Shown here piece by piece: positions 9,105-18,200 of a stretch of 64,000 bases of DNA. The notes beneath the pieces were generated by a model. It did not search any database. It was given only the letters and a program-made list of their open reading frames with translations, and was not told where the DNA came from. Position numbers and translations under genes: made by a program. This stretch comes from Clostridia bacterium (GTDB lineage Bacteria; Bacillota; Clostridia; Oscillospirales; CAG-272), in NCBI GenBank assembly GCA_017407225.1, contig JAFQWY010000128.1, forward strand, positions 15,365 through 79,364. The letters are read 5' to 3'. Each line of letters opens with the position of its first letter. The stretch's first letter is position 1.

Positions 9105-9362
9105 TCAGGAACTGAAAGCTGCGTTTGCGTTGGTGTGGTAGCAGATGGAGTCGAATTCATCCATGCCGATCGGGTAGTCGACGCAGGAACCTTCGTTGAA
9201 GAAGCCTTCCCATGCGAGGTCCTTCATCTGGTTGGTGGAATCGTCGTCTCTCTTGACACATTCGGAATCTGTGAAGTTGATTTTTGTTGAGCAGGTTGCG
9301 ATGGACTGGGTGAGTTCAAAGTACTCAACTGCCATTTCGGGCTTCTGGTAAGTTTTCTTCAT
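9105..9362 (-). CDS. Candidate RiPP precursor peptide (85 aa, acidic, 4 Cys, C-terminal Ser-Ser)
   Basis: The ORF fills the gap between the PqqD and kinase genes on the same strand. The N-terminus MKKTYQKPEMAVEYFELTQS has Y-x-x-P-x-M and a Thr 13 residues after the Tyr, as in lasso-type leaders. Cys at 24, 35, 60 and 74. It ends ...NANAAFSS. The SD is weak (AAGGCAGG). Confidence 0.55.
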   Translation of the reverse strand: MKKTYQKPEMAVEYFELTQSIATCSTKINFTDSECVKRDDDSTNQMKDLAWEGFFNEGSCVDYPIGMDEFDSICYHTNANAAFSS

Positions 9363-9380
9363 TTATAATATGCCTGCCTT

Positions 9381-9659
9381 TCAGTTGGATTGGTTGTCGG
9401 TGAGGAAGCCTTTCTGCCGGAGCTGGCTGACAAACTCAGCAACATCCTCGGCAGCCTGACTGGGGGTGATTTCATATTCATCCAGCAGGGCGGCGGTAAG
9501 ATCTTCTTCTGTACGCTCTGTCTGCAGAAGCTCGAACAGGAAACGGGCACACTCGTTCAGCGTGATGATGCCCGAGAGTTTCCGGGATGCTTCGCCGGTG
9601 GGGACAACGATGGTTTCGCCCGCGATTTCGCGGATGATGAAGCCGGGGATAATTCGCAT
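9381..9659 (-). CDS. PqqD-family peptide chaperone (RiPP recognition element)
   Basis: 92 aa from ATG 9659. The sequence ...GIITLNECARFLFELLQTERTEEDLTAALLDEYEITPSQAAEDVAEFVSQLRQKGFL matches the PqqD winged-helix pattern. The longer ORF to 9962 is an artefactual extension across the promoter. Confidence 0.85.
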   Translation of the reverse strand: MRIIPGFIIREIAGETIVVPTGEASRKLSGIITLNECARFLFELLQTERTEEDLTAALLDEYEITPSQAAEDVAEFVSQLRQKGFLTDNQSN

Positions 9660-9716
9660 GATAAGAGCTGTTCCTTTCCGTGGGACTTCAGAGTGCAGAA
9701 TAAAGATACATACCAT

Positions 9717-9745
9717 ATTATACTCCAAAAAAAACGTTTTGGCAA
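9717..9745 (-). promoter_or_regulatory. Sigma-A-type promoter of the PqqD-peptide-kinase-rSAM operon
   Basis: Minus strand: TTGCCA-17 nt-TATAAT, about 57 nt upstream of ATG 9659. Confidence 0.65.
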
Positions 9746-9808
9746 TAGGGTTGCGTAAAATTATTCGCAAATGGATGAAAAAATTATCCTGAATTGTAAA
9801 AAATACCA

Positions 9809-9837
9809 TTGACGGCAGGGAAAAGGCGTGATATAAT
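9809..9837 (+). promoter_or_regulatory. Sigma-A-type promoter of the fibro-slime gene
   Basis: TTGACG-17 nt-TATAAT. A leader of about 140 nt, with hairpin potential, precedes ATG 9977. Confidence 0.65.
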
Positions 9838-9976
9838 AAGTTATGAATATAGTGACGTACTGTACCCGTTCGCGGAACAGATGCCGTACTGCATGGCAGA
9901 TGCAGAATACGGTGATCGCAGCGGTCGCCGTATGACAGAAATATCCAGAGAGAATTCTCCAAGGAGGAATATACTA

Positions 9977-12900
9977 ATGAAGAAAAAAAGTATGAGCAGC
10001 AGAATTCTATCGTCTCTGCTCGCGCTGGTGATGGTGCTCTCGGCAGTGCCCCTCAGCGTATCCGCCGCATCCAAGGGCGACCTTGCGAATGTCGATACCG
10101 GTCTGTCCGGGAATATTGACACCGACAAGGTTTACAGCCTTCCGATTACCATCCTCGACTACGAAGCCGACGGTATGCTCTTCGAGTTTGCGGAATCAAA
10201 CGGACAAAAAAAGCCCAGCGATTTCGGTGCTACATATGTCTGTGACTACACCGATGACTTTAAGGATGTAAACGGTTATACAGGCGATAAGACCGACACC
10301 GTTATTTACAAATATACAGCCGACTATTCCGTCAATCTGCAGAATTCGGGAAATGACGGACAGTTTATGCGTGTGAACTATCTGAGCGATGGTGATAACG
10401 ACGGTACAGACTATATTACCAATTTCACTTCCTCGGTTTATGACGATGCTACCGGTACAGACTATAAGCTGAGCCAAATCAGATATCTTGTCTTTGTATA
10501 CAGATGCCCGACTGCCGGAACTATCAGCAGCAGCTCCATGTCCTTCTCTCTGTATACCGGAACTTCTTTCGGCAGCGATCCTTCTGCTTCCAAGAAAACC
10601 AATGAGTTCAGCATCAGCAGAAACGATAACTGGAAGTATCAGATCGTTGACCTTTATGAAACCGGAGAAGAGGCTAATACTGCCGTAAACGGTATTCTGA
10701 TGAATTCTCCTGTCAAGAAATCCGGAGATATCATCGATGTCGCATATGCGGTATACTTTGATACCGACAGCTATGCACTGGCACAGGCGTTTGCGGAATA
10801 CGCAGTAACCAAGGGCAGTGACAACGGTGACCACCGTGGTTTTGGTATGCTTCGCGGTTCTAATAACGAATCCGGCACCACTGTTTTCGATGCTGCATAC
10901 GAGCACAGTGATACGGCATCCACCGTCAAGCTTATGTCTACTTATAAGGACAGCAGCGGTACCGATTTGGCGAGCATCGATTTTTCTACTATTGATAATT
11001 TCGGCTATAAACTTTTCGGTATCTTCGATGACAACGGTATCGGTACTGCCGGACTTCTGGAAAGCAGTCTCAGCGATGAAGGATATCCCGTATATAAGGA
11101 AAAAGTTGTCTCCTATCTGGCAAATCTTCTTCAGGTTTCTCTGGAAATTCCCGAAAGAACAGAGGACGGCTGGAAGAACTACAAGTACATCAAGGGTACT
11201 CCGTCTGACGTATACGGCGGCGTGGACTTTGCAACCGCGCTCCGCACCAGAATCAATGCTGATGACAAAACCGATGAAGAGGCTCTCGGCGCCTATGACG
11301 AATCCGCAGCGAAGGGCCTGATCGGCACCTGGGAAAAAGTCGAAGGAAAAATTTCCACTTACTTCGATGCGGCATACTTCATACTGAACAGTATTTTTGT
11401 GGACAACTCCTACAATGTTCCTCAGGATGACTACAAGTATCTGGTTCTCTCCCAGGGTACCGACGCTGATACCGGGGATACCGTTCATGTATTTGACGCC
11501 GGTTTCGCAACCACGAACGATCCCGACACGGCTGAAATGGCAATCGCTTATGATACGGATGCCAAGACTATTCAGAACTCATCTGCGGCGGGCAAGGCGC
11601 ATTTCTATTATACCGCCTCCAATACCACAACGCTGAACCCCTTCCTGCCCGTAACCGACAGAAACACAGAGGCAGGTCAGACCAAGAGCGTGTACTGGCA
11701 GGATGACGGTCTGATCAATACGGTCAAGAAGCAGGCAAACAAGGATACCCTGTACAAGCACAACTTCAACTTCGCAATCAAGAGTGAAGGTGAATTCGTA
11801 TACCGTGCGGAAGACAATCTGTTCTTCGACTTTGAAGGCGACGACGACGTTTACCTGTTCATCAACGGCGAACTGGTGATGGATATCGGCGGCGCGCACA
11901 GTATCAACCATGTCCGTTTCGAACTGAACGATTACGTCAACGCCGCAAAGGCTGGTACCGATCTCGGTTCCACAAAGCGCAACGAAGCGCTCAACCTCAA
12001 GGAAGGTCAGTCCTATTCCTTCAGGTTCTATTACATGGAACGCCACAGCTACGGTTCCAATATGCGGATCATGACCAACATCCCCGTAACCGACCCCTTC
12101 ATGAAGGTGGAAAAGACCGCATATCAGAACGGTGTGCAGATCGCATACGGCGGTATCGTTGACAAGGATGCAGTCGTTGAATACGGCTTTACTGTCGAAA
12201 ACCCCGTGAATACTGCTGACGACGAGATCGATGACAGCATCAGCATTGAACCTCTCGTTGAACTTGCATTCGATGACCATGATATCGGCATCAGGATTTC
12301 CCACGACAAAGGACTTGAAGTCACCGGTTCCGATGTCTATATGCTCGACGGAACCAAACTGACCAGCTCCAATGTCAATGAATTCCTGGAAGCCGGACTT
12401 CTGAAGATTTCCAGAATCGACTCCGACGGCAATGAAATTCCCTATGAAGTCAAGAACCAGGACAACGTCAAGTCCATCCTCAACGACCCCGGACAGGGTA
12501 CTGCCGATGATCCCATCGGTCTGATCAGCGGCGAAAAGCTGGTTGTCAGAGGCTTCGGCTATAAACTGACTAAGACTCAGGTGGAAGCAGGCTTCTTCGA
12601 CAACACTGTATACGCGGAAGCAACCGGTGAAGTGACCGGCGAACCTCTCCAGAGCCAGGCGAGAATGCGTGTATACGTTCCCGCTGACCCGATGTACTAT
12701 CAGTGGGCAGGCAAGCCTCTGGTGGTTACCATTGACAAGCTGATTACAGATGTCAAGGCGGCTGCTGCGGATGACGACAATATTCTTCACAAAGATAATG
12801 AAGAGATTCAGAACCTTACCGCGAAGAACATCAAGAGCGTGGCGTTTGTAAACCGTACAGGGGATCAGACCATCGTCTATGACCATGTTGCCAAGGCTTC

Positions 12901-15094
12901 CAACAACGATCTGACGATCAATTATCCCGAGGCAGGGTCCTACGTATTCTACGTAAAGATCACCTACAGTACTTCCAGCCCCGTTACCGTTCCCGTTCTG
13001 GTCAACGTACCCGATGTCAAGGACAGCAGCTATGTTCTCGACTACGGTCTTGAGGTTGACCTGACCGCGGCACTGTTCACCAAGGAAGATCAGGTGGCTA
13101 TCCCCGGACGTTCCACCAATACTTCCATTATGGCAATCAGCAGCCAGCAGCCTTCCTACACATCGAACACCATCGGCTTTACTGCTGATACCGACGGTCA
13201 GATTGCTGGCAGCAACGGTACTTTCAAGCTGGCTGACGGCAAGCTCACCTATACCCCCACCGATTTCCTTGACAGTGCAGATTCCGTGTGGGTGGCAGTG
13301 AACGTTTATGAAGGCAACTCCTTCAGCCCGGTATCCTCCGAAGCGGGTCAGGCTGACGATACGGGTATCGATATCAACAATGAAGTACAGATGTACAAGA
13401 AGATTACGGTTCTTCCCGCAACCGTCATGTACTACGAAGATTACTTCAGCGCAATTAGCTACCCCGACCATACCAGAACCACTCCCGGTACCGTTTACAC
13501 CCAGTCCGCGGATCAGGATGAAAACTACGGTCACGATGCTGCATATCAGACTGCCGATGCAGGCAATCTGAACAGCAGCAACTCCGTACAGACACTTGAA
13601 ATCACCGATTCCTCTACTCTCGCATCCTTTACCATCGCAGGTTCCGGTTTTGAACTGATTGCCCGCACCGACGCGGAAACTTCCGGTACCATCATTGTGG
13701 ATGGTAATAAGCAGGTACAGAAATCCAGCAGCAGCGCACCTGCTTCCGCTCATATTCTGGATCTGGAAATTACCAGAGTTCCCGATGCTTCTATGCTTGG
13801 TGAAGGAAGCTCCGGTGCTCAGACTCACTGGAGAGTTCCCGTTATCATGCAGTTTGACAACGGCAACGACTTCGCCGATAATGAGATTAACGAAGCAATT
13901 TATCAGGTTCCCGTTATCCGTTACGATTTCCCCTCATCCGGCACTTACATCGTAAATGTTATCGGTGTTCCCAAGCGTGATCATGCAAACGGCGGTGCGG
14001 TTCTTCCTTCCTACCTCTATTTCGATGGTCTCCGCGTATTCCAGCCCATCGGTGCTTCCAATTCCGCTTACTCCGCAGATGAAAACGGCGCGGTGTTCTA
14101 TGAAGTACGGGATGAAATCGCGGGCGGCCAGATTGCAGTAGCATCCTATACCGCAGATACTGCTAAGGTTGTTACAAGCGGCACTATGACCTGGACCGAA
14201 GATTATTCCGACGGCGGCGTCTTCACTGATGTTTCTTCCGTTGAGGCATATTTGTTCAGCGGTCCCAACAACGAAGCATATATGCGGGACGGAGCTGCCA
14301 TGGTCTTCTATGTGAAGGAAACCGGCACCGGTGCTCATTCCCTGCAGGTTGCTCTGCGTGCGGTGGATTATTTCCTCGCATCTTCCGGTGTTGAAGTCGG
14401 TATGGAAGCTGCCATCCAATACGGTATCATCAAGGACGGCGCATTTGCATGGGCTCCCCTTGTTACCGCAAAGAGCGGCACCGAACAGTACTACACCATC
14501 GACTATACCCAGTGTCCTCAGGTGAACGGTGCATACCAGATTGCTCTCAGAGTGAATGGCGATGAAACCGAGCAGGGCATGGTATCCTACAGCAGCCTGA
14601 AGCTGGTTGGTCTGGAACTTACCGAAGCAATTACCGTTTCTTCCGGCAGTTCTCCTGCAATTTCCGCAATCTGCGCACAGATGGATGCAACCGAAATTAC
14701 TCTCCCTGCTTCCAATGTAATCGTTCCCAAGCCCTATGCTCCCATCCAGTTCCCCGAAAAGCCCCAGGATAAGCCCGAGCAGAACGAGCCTGAAACCGAT
14801 GGCAATGAAGAAGGAAAGAACGAAGAACGCAAGGAAGATCTGATTCCTCTCCTGTCCCTGTGCAAGCTTGATGTAACGGCAGGCGACGGCGGTACCGTAA
14901 CTCCCGAAGGAGATCTGGTAATCGCATTCGGTGCAAAGCGTGTCATCAAGGCTGTACCCGATGAAGGCTACGAAGTGGAAGGCATCTACGTCAACGGCAA
15001 GAACGTCGGCGCGGCTGAAAAGTACACGGTAGTAGCTACCGGCAACATGAAGGTTGAAGTGAAGTTTGTCAAGACCGATGCTTCTGCCGAATAA
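9977..15094 (+). CDS. Very large secreted protein with a fibro-slime (PA14-like) domain and a C-terminal bacterial repeat domain
   Basis: ATG 9977 is preceded by AAGGAGG. Signal peptide MKKKSMSSRILSSLLALVMVLSAVPLSVSAAS. The fibro-slime signature F.FEGDDDVYLFINGELVMDIGGAHS...FYYMERHSYGSNMRI lies at about nt 11755-12090. The C-terminal GYEVEGIYVNGK-type beta repeat follows. No LPXTG, SLH or dockerin motif was seen. Confidence 0.8.
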   Translation: MKKKSMSSRILSSLLALVMVLSAVPLSVSAASKGDLANVDTGLSGNIDTDKVYSLPITILDYEADGMLFEFAESNGQKKPSDFGATYVCDYTDDFKDVNGYTGDKTDTVIYKYTADYSVNLQNSGNDGQFMRVNYLSDGDNDGTDYITNFTSSVYDDATGTDYKLSQIRYLVFVYRCPTAGTISSSSMSFSLYTGTSFGSDPSASKKTNEFSISRNDNWKYQIVDLYETGEEANTAVNGILMNSPVKKSGDIIDVAYAVYFDTDSYALAQAFAEYAVTKGSDNGDHRGFGMLRGSNNESGTTVFDAAYEHSDTASTVKLMSTYKDSSGTDLASIDFSTIDNFGYKLFGIFDDNGIGTAGLLESSLSDEGYPVYKEKVVSYLANLLQVSLEIPERTEDGWKNYKYIKGTPSDVYGGVDFATALRTRINADDKTDEEALGAYDESAAKGLIGTWEKVEGKISTYFDAAYFILNSIFVDNSYNVPQDDYKYLVLSQGTDADTGDTVHVFDAGFATTNDPDTAEMAIAYDTDAKTIQNSSAAGKAHFYYTASNTTTLNPFLPVTDRNTEAGQTKSVYWQDDGLINTVKKQANKDTLYKHNFNFAIKSEGEFVYRAEDNLFFDFEGDDDVYLFINGELVMDIGGAHSINHVRFELNDYVNAAKAGTDLGSTKRNEALNLKEGQSYSFRFYYMERHSYGSNMRIMTNIPVTDPFMKVEKTAYQNGVQIAYGGIVDKDAVVEYGFTVENPVNTADDEIDDSISIEPLVELAFDDHDIGIRISHDKGLEVTGSDVYMLDGTKLTSSNVNEFLEAGLLKISRIDSDGNEIPYEVKNQDNVKSILNDPGQGTADDPIGLISGEKLVVRGFGYKLTKTQVEAGFFDNTVYAEATGEVTGEPLQSQARMRVYVPADPMYYQWAGKPLVVTIDKLITDVKAAAADDDNILHKDNEEIQNLTAKNIKSVAFVNRTGDQTIVYDHVAKASNNDLTINYPEAGSYVFYVKITYSTSSPVTVPVLVNVPDVKDSSYVLDYGLEVDLTAALFTKEDQVAIPGRSTNTSIMAISSQQPSYTSNTIGFTADTDGQIAGSNGTFKLADGKLTYTPTDFLDSADSVWVAVNVYEGNSFSPVSSEAGQADDTGIDINNEVQMYKKITVLPATVMYYEDYFSAISYPDHTRTTPGTVYTQSADQDENYGHDAAYQTADAGNLNSSNSVQTLEITDSSTLASFTIAGSGFELIARTDAETSGTIIVDGNKQVQKSSSSAPASAHILDLEITRVPDASMLGEGSSGAQTHWRVPVIMQFDNGNDFADNEINEAIYQVPVIRYDFPSSGTYIVNVIGVPKRDHANGGAVLPSYLYFDGLRVFQPIGASNSAYSADENGAVFYEVRDEIAGGQIAVASYTADTAKVVTSGTMTWTEDYSDGGVFTDVSSVEAYLFSGPNNEAYMRDGAAMVFYVKETGTGAHSLQVALRAVDYFLASSGVEVGMEAAIQYGIIKDGAFAWAPLVTAKSGTEQYYTIDYTQCPQVNGAYQIALRVNGDETEQGMVSYSSLKLVGLELTEAITVSSGSSPAISAICAQMDATEITLPASNVIVPKPYAPIQFPEKPQDKPEQNEPETDGNEEGKNEERKEDLIPLLSLCKLDVTAGDGGTVTPEGDLVIAFGAKRVIKAVPDEGYEVEGIYVNGKNVGAAEKYTVVATGNMKVEVKFVKTDASAE

Positions 15095-15118
15095 TTGAAT
15101 ATCCGGTGTAAACCGATC

Positions 15119-15155
15119 AAAAGGGATTGCTGTTCAGACGGCAGTCCCTTTTTGT
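15119..15155 (+). terminator. Intrinsic terminator after the fibro-slime gene
   Basis: AAGGGATTGC ... GCAGTCCCTT stem followed by TTTTT. Confidence 0.8.
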
Positions 15156-15202
15156 ATCCGGCGGCGTTCTGCAGAGCGTTTGATGTGACTGTATATGCTG
15201 TA

Positions 15203-15231
15203 TTGACAGGAGAGGAAAAATATTGTACAAT
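15203..15231 (+). promoter_or_regulatory. Sigma-A-type promoter of the GH38 gene
   Basis: TTGACA-17 nt-TACAAT. Confidence 0.65.
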
Positions 15232-15264
15232 AGATAGCAGAATACAATATTTATGGAGGATCAC

Positions 15265-18200
15265 ATGAATCAGCCGAAAAAACTGTACGTTGTTGCCAAT
15301 GCCCATCTGGATACCCAGTGGAACTGGACCATTCAGGATACTATCCGCGACTGTGTCAGGAGAACCCTGGAGCGGAACTTCTATCTTATGGACAAATATC
15401 CCCACTACCGCATGAATTTTGAGGGGGCATTTCGCTACAAGCTGGCGAAGGAGTATTATCCCGATCTGTACGAAAAACTGAAGGGATACATCGCGGAAGG
15501 TCGCTGGAATGTGGCTGGCTCCACGTGGGATGCCATGGATGCCAATGTTCCTTCCTCGGAGGCTCTGATGCGTCAGGTTCTGTACGGAAACGGTTTCTTT
15601 GAAAAGGAATTCGGGAAAAAGAGCACCGATATCTTCCTGGCCGACTGCTTCGGGTTCAACTATGCTCTTCCGTCCGTGGAAGCCCACATGGGGCTGAACG
15701 GTTTCCATACCCAGAAGCTGGTCTGGGGTGTGGGAAGCCCCATTTACGAGGAAGACGGCACTGTATCCAAGCCTATGCCGGTCAGGGATAAGCCCCGGAT
15801 GGACCTGGGAAGATGGATCGGTCCCGACGGGAAAGGCGTGGCGGCATCCTTCCTGGAGGGCAATTATACCTACAATTTCGACAACGATCACGACGAACGT
15901 CCTGTGGGACAGCGTGAAGAATACCTCCGCGCCATCGAGCACAACGAAAAGTATACAGGCCACGCGGTACGTTCCATGTATTTCGGTACCGGTGACTACG
16001 GCGGATCCTGCCGTGAAAGCTCTGCACGCATGGTAAACGAAGCCGTGGAAGCAAACGGCAGTCCCGATTCCATGTATGAAGTTGTGTCCGCATCCACCGA
16101 CCAGATTTTCAACGAGCTGACCGAAGAACAGCGGAACGCACTTCCGGTTTACGATGGAGAACTGCTGATTCCTCACGGTTCCGGTGCTCTTACCTCCCAT
16201 ACCATCAGCAAGAGATGGAACCGGAAGAATGAACTGCTCGCCGACTCCGCGGAACGTGCGGCAGTGATGGCAAGCTGGCTGGGCGCATCCGAATATCCGG
16301 CGCAGCGTTTCCTGACGGCATGGCAGACTTTCCTGTGGCATCAGTTCCACGATGACCTGCCCGGGACCTCCATCGCGGCGGCATATGTGTTCTCCTACAA
16401 CGATTACGTCATCGCCATGAATATGTTCGCGGCTGAACTTGCGAATGCGGTGGGCGGTGTGGTTCGTTCTCTGGATACCGCAGTGGAAGGCACTCCCGTG
16501 GTCATCTACAATCCCGTTTCCTGTTCCAGAAATGATATTGCATCCGTTGAACTGGATGTGAAGACGCCCTATGTCCGGGTGTTTGACGGTCTCGGCAGGG
16601 AAGTACCTGCACAGCTTTCCGTCATCGGCGGCAGGAAGACCGTACGGTTCACGGCATCCGTGGATCCTGTCAGCTGTACTGTGTTCGAAATCCGGGAAAG
16701 CGAAACACCTTCTCCCCTGGTGTCCGCGCTGAAGATTACCGGAAATTCTCTTGAAAATCAGCGGTATATCGTTGCCATTGATGAAAACGGCGATATCGCA
16801 AGCATTATTGACAAAGCGAACGGCGGATTTGAACTGCTGAAATCCCCGGCACAGCTGGAAATCGGTCCCGATACCAGTGCAAACTGGCCTTCCTGGGAAC
16901 TTGTATGGAAGGATGCACTGGAAACTCCTGTTATTGTGGGCGGCACTCCCGAAATCGAGATCGTCGAAAACGGCCCGGCCGTGGTTTCCCTGAAGATCAG
17001 ACGTACCTGTGAAGGTTCTGTGTTTGAGCAGACCATATCTCTCTGGGACGGCGGTCAGCGGGTGGATGTTGCCTGCTGCGTGGACTGGTACCAGAGAAAA
17101 TCCAACCTCCGCGCCGCGTTCCCGCTGAATGTGTCCAATCCCAAGGCGACCTTCGACCTGGGACTGGGGGCCATTGAGTCCGGCAATACCGACAGTTTCC
17201 CCTATTATCAGCATCTGGTTCATCAGTGGGCGGATCTTACGGCGGAAGACGGCTCCTACGGCGTTTCCATCCTCAACGACTGCAAGTACGGTATGGACAA
17301 GCCGAGTGACAATACTCTCCGCCTGACACTGATCCACACGCCGGCCTGTCCCTTCTCCTCCGAATCCGGTCAGGACTGGCAGGATATGGGCACCAACCGG
17401 TTCACCTATTCCATCACAGGACACGCAGGATTCCGCGACACAACAGCACTGGAAGCCGCTCAGCTGAATCAGCCCATGATGAGCTTTTTTACTCCCAGAC
17501 AGGAAGGCGATTCCCGTTCACTCTCCTTTGTTTCCGTCAGCGACGAGCACGTTCTGGTGCGCTGTCTGAAGAAGGAAGAAAAGGGCGGCAGAATCATCAT
17601 CCGTGTTCAGGAAACCTCCGGCAAGGGAGCGGAAAACCTGAAGATCCGGTTCTGCGCCCCCATCGAATCTGCGGAAGAAACCAACGGTTACGAAGATACC
17701 ATCGGCAGTGCATCCTTTGAGGATCGTGAAATCACCTGTACGCTGACGCCTTATGCGGTCAGAACCTTTGCGGTAACCCTTGCGGAAGCCGGAGCCGCTG
17801 AAAAAAACGTGCAGATTCCTCTGGATCTTCCTTACAACAAGCGCGTTACCACCTGGAACGAAGACCGTACAGCAGGGGAACTTGCCGACAGCATTTCCAT
17901 TCCTGCGGAACTTTACGAAGAAAACGTCACCTCCGGCGGTATTTCCTTCCGTCTGGCTCCGGCAGATGCGGACAACGCGGTCATCTGCGCCGGTCAGAAA
18001 ATCGAGATTCCCGAAGGATGCAGCAGACTTCACATTCTGGCGGCATCCCTTACCGGAGACAGACCGGCAGTGTTCGGTGTGGACGGCAGAGAAGTAACCG
18101 TCCCCATGCAGGACTGCAAGGCAAATGTCGGTTCCTGGGTGATGCTGGTCAACGGTGCGCCCTGTCTCATCAAGCGTGACGAAATTGCAGTCAACTATAC

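Noticed and set aside
8219-9160. The longer 313-aa version of the HprK-like gene, starting at ATG 9160.
   Set aside because: It would overlap the 3' end of the peptide ORF by 56 nt in another frame, and its first 21 residues are low-complexity Thr/Ser/Pro. This is not fully excluded, because ATG 9097 also lacks a Shine-Dalgarno sequence.
9660-9962. N-terminal extension of the PqqD ORF (193-aa version).
   Set aside because: The extension runs across both divergent promoters and the AT-rich intergenic region. The PqqD homology begins at the Met at 9659.
9809-9976. Upstream 56-codon extension of the fibro-slime ORF. Similar extensions occur at 19217..19306, 38677..38706, 39623..39694, 51822..51836 and 15253..15264.
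   Set aside because: The extensions contain the predicted -35/-10 boxes or lack an RBS. The internal ATGs have strong GGAGG-type RBSs and are followed immediately by signal peptides or conserved N-termini.
14986-17424. 812-aa ORF antisense to the GH38 gene. Similar very long antisense ORFs occur at 152..1243, 2343..3539, 4953..6884, 11579..13828, 17518..18807, 31159..32415, 35088..37364, 42754..44592, 45505..46836, 46852..47799, 47911..48849, 49743..50675, 59562..60680 and 60915..61901.
   Set aside because: Each lies fully inside a gene on the opposite strand that has clear family motifs, an RBS and operon context. Their translations are low-complexity (Gly/Val/Arg/His-rich) with no recognisable motifs, RBS or promoter. 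Long stop-free antisense frames are an expected by-product of the GC-rich third-position codon bias seen here.
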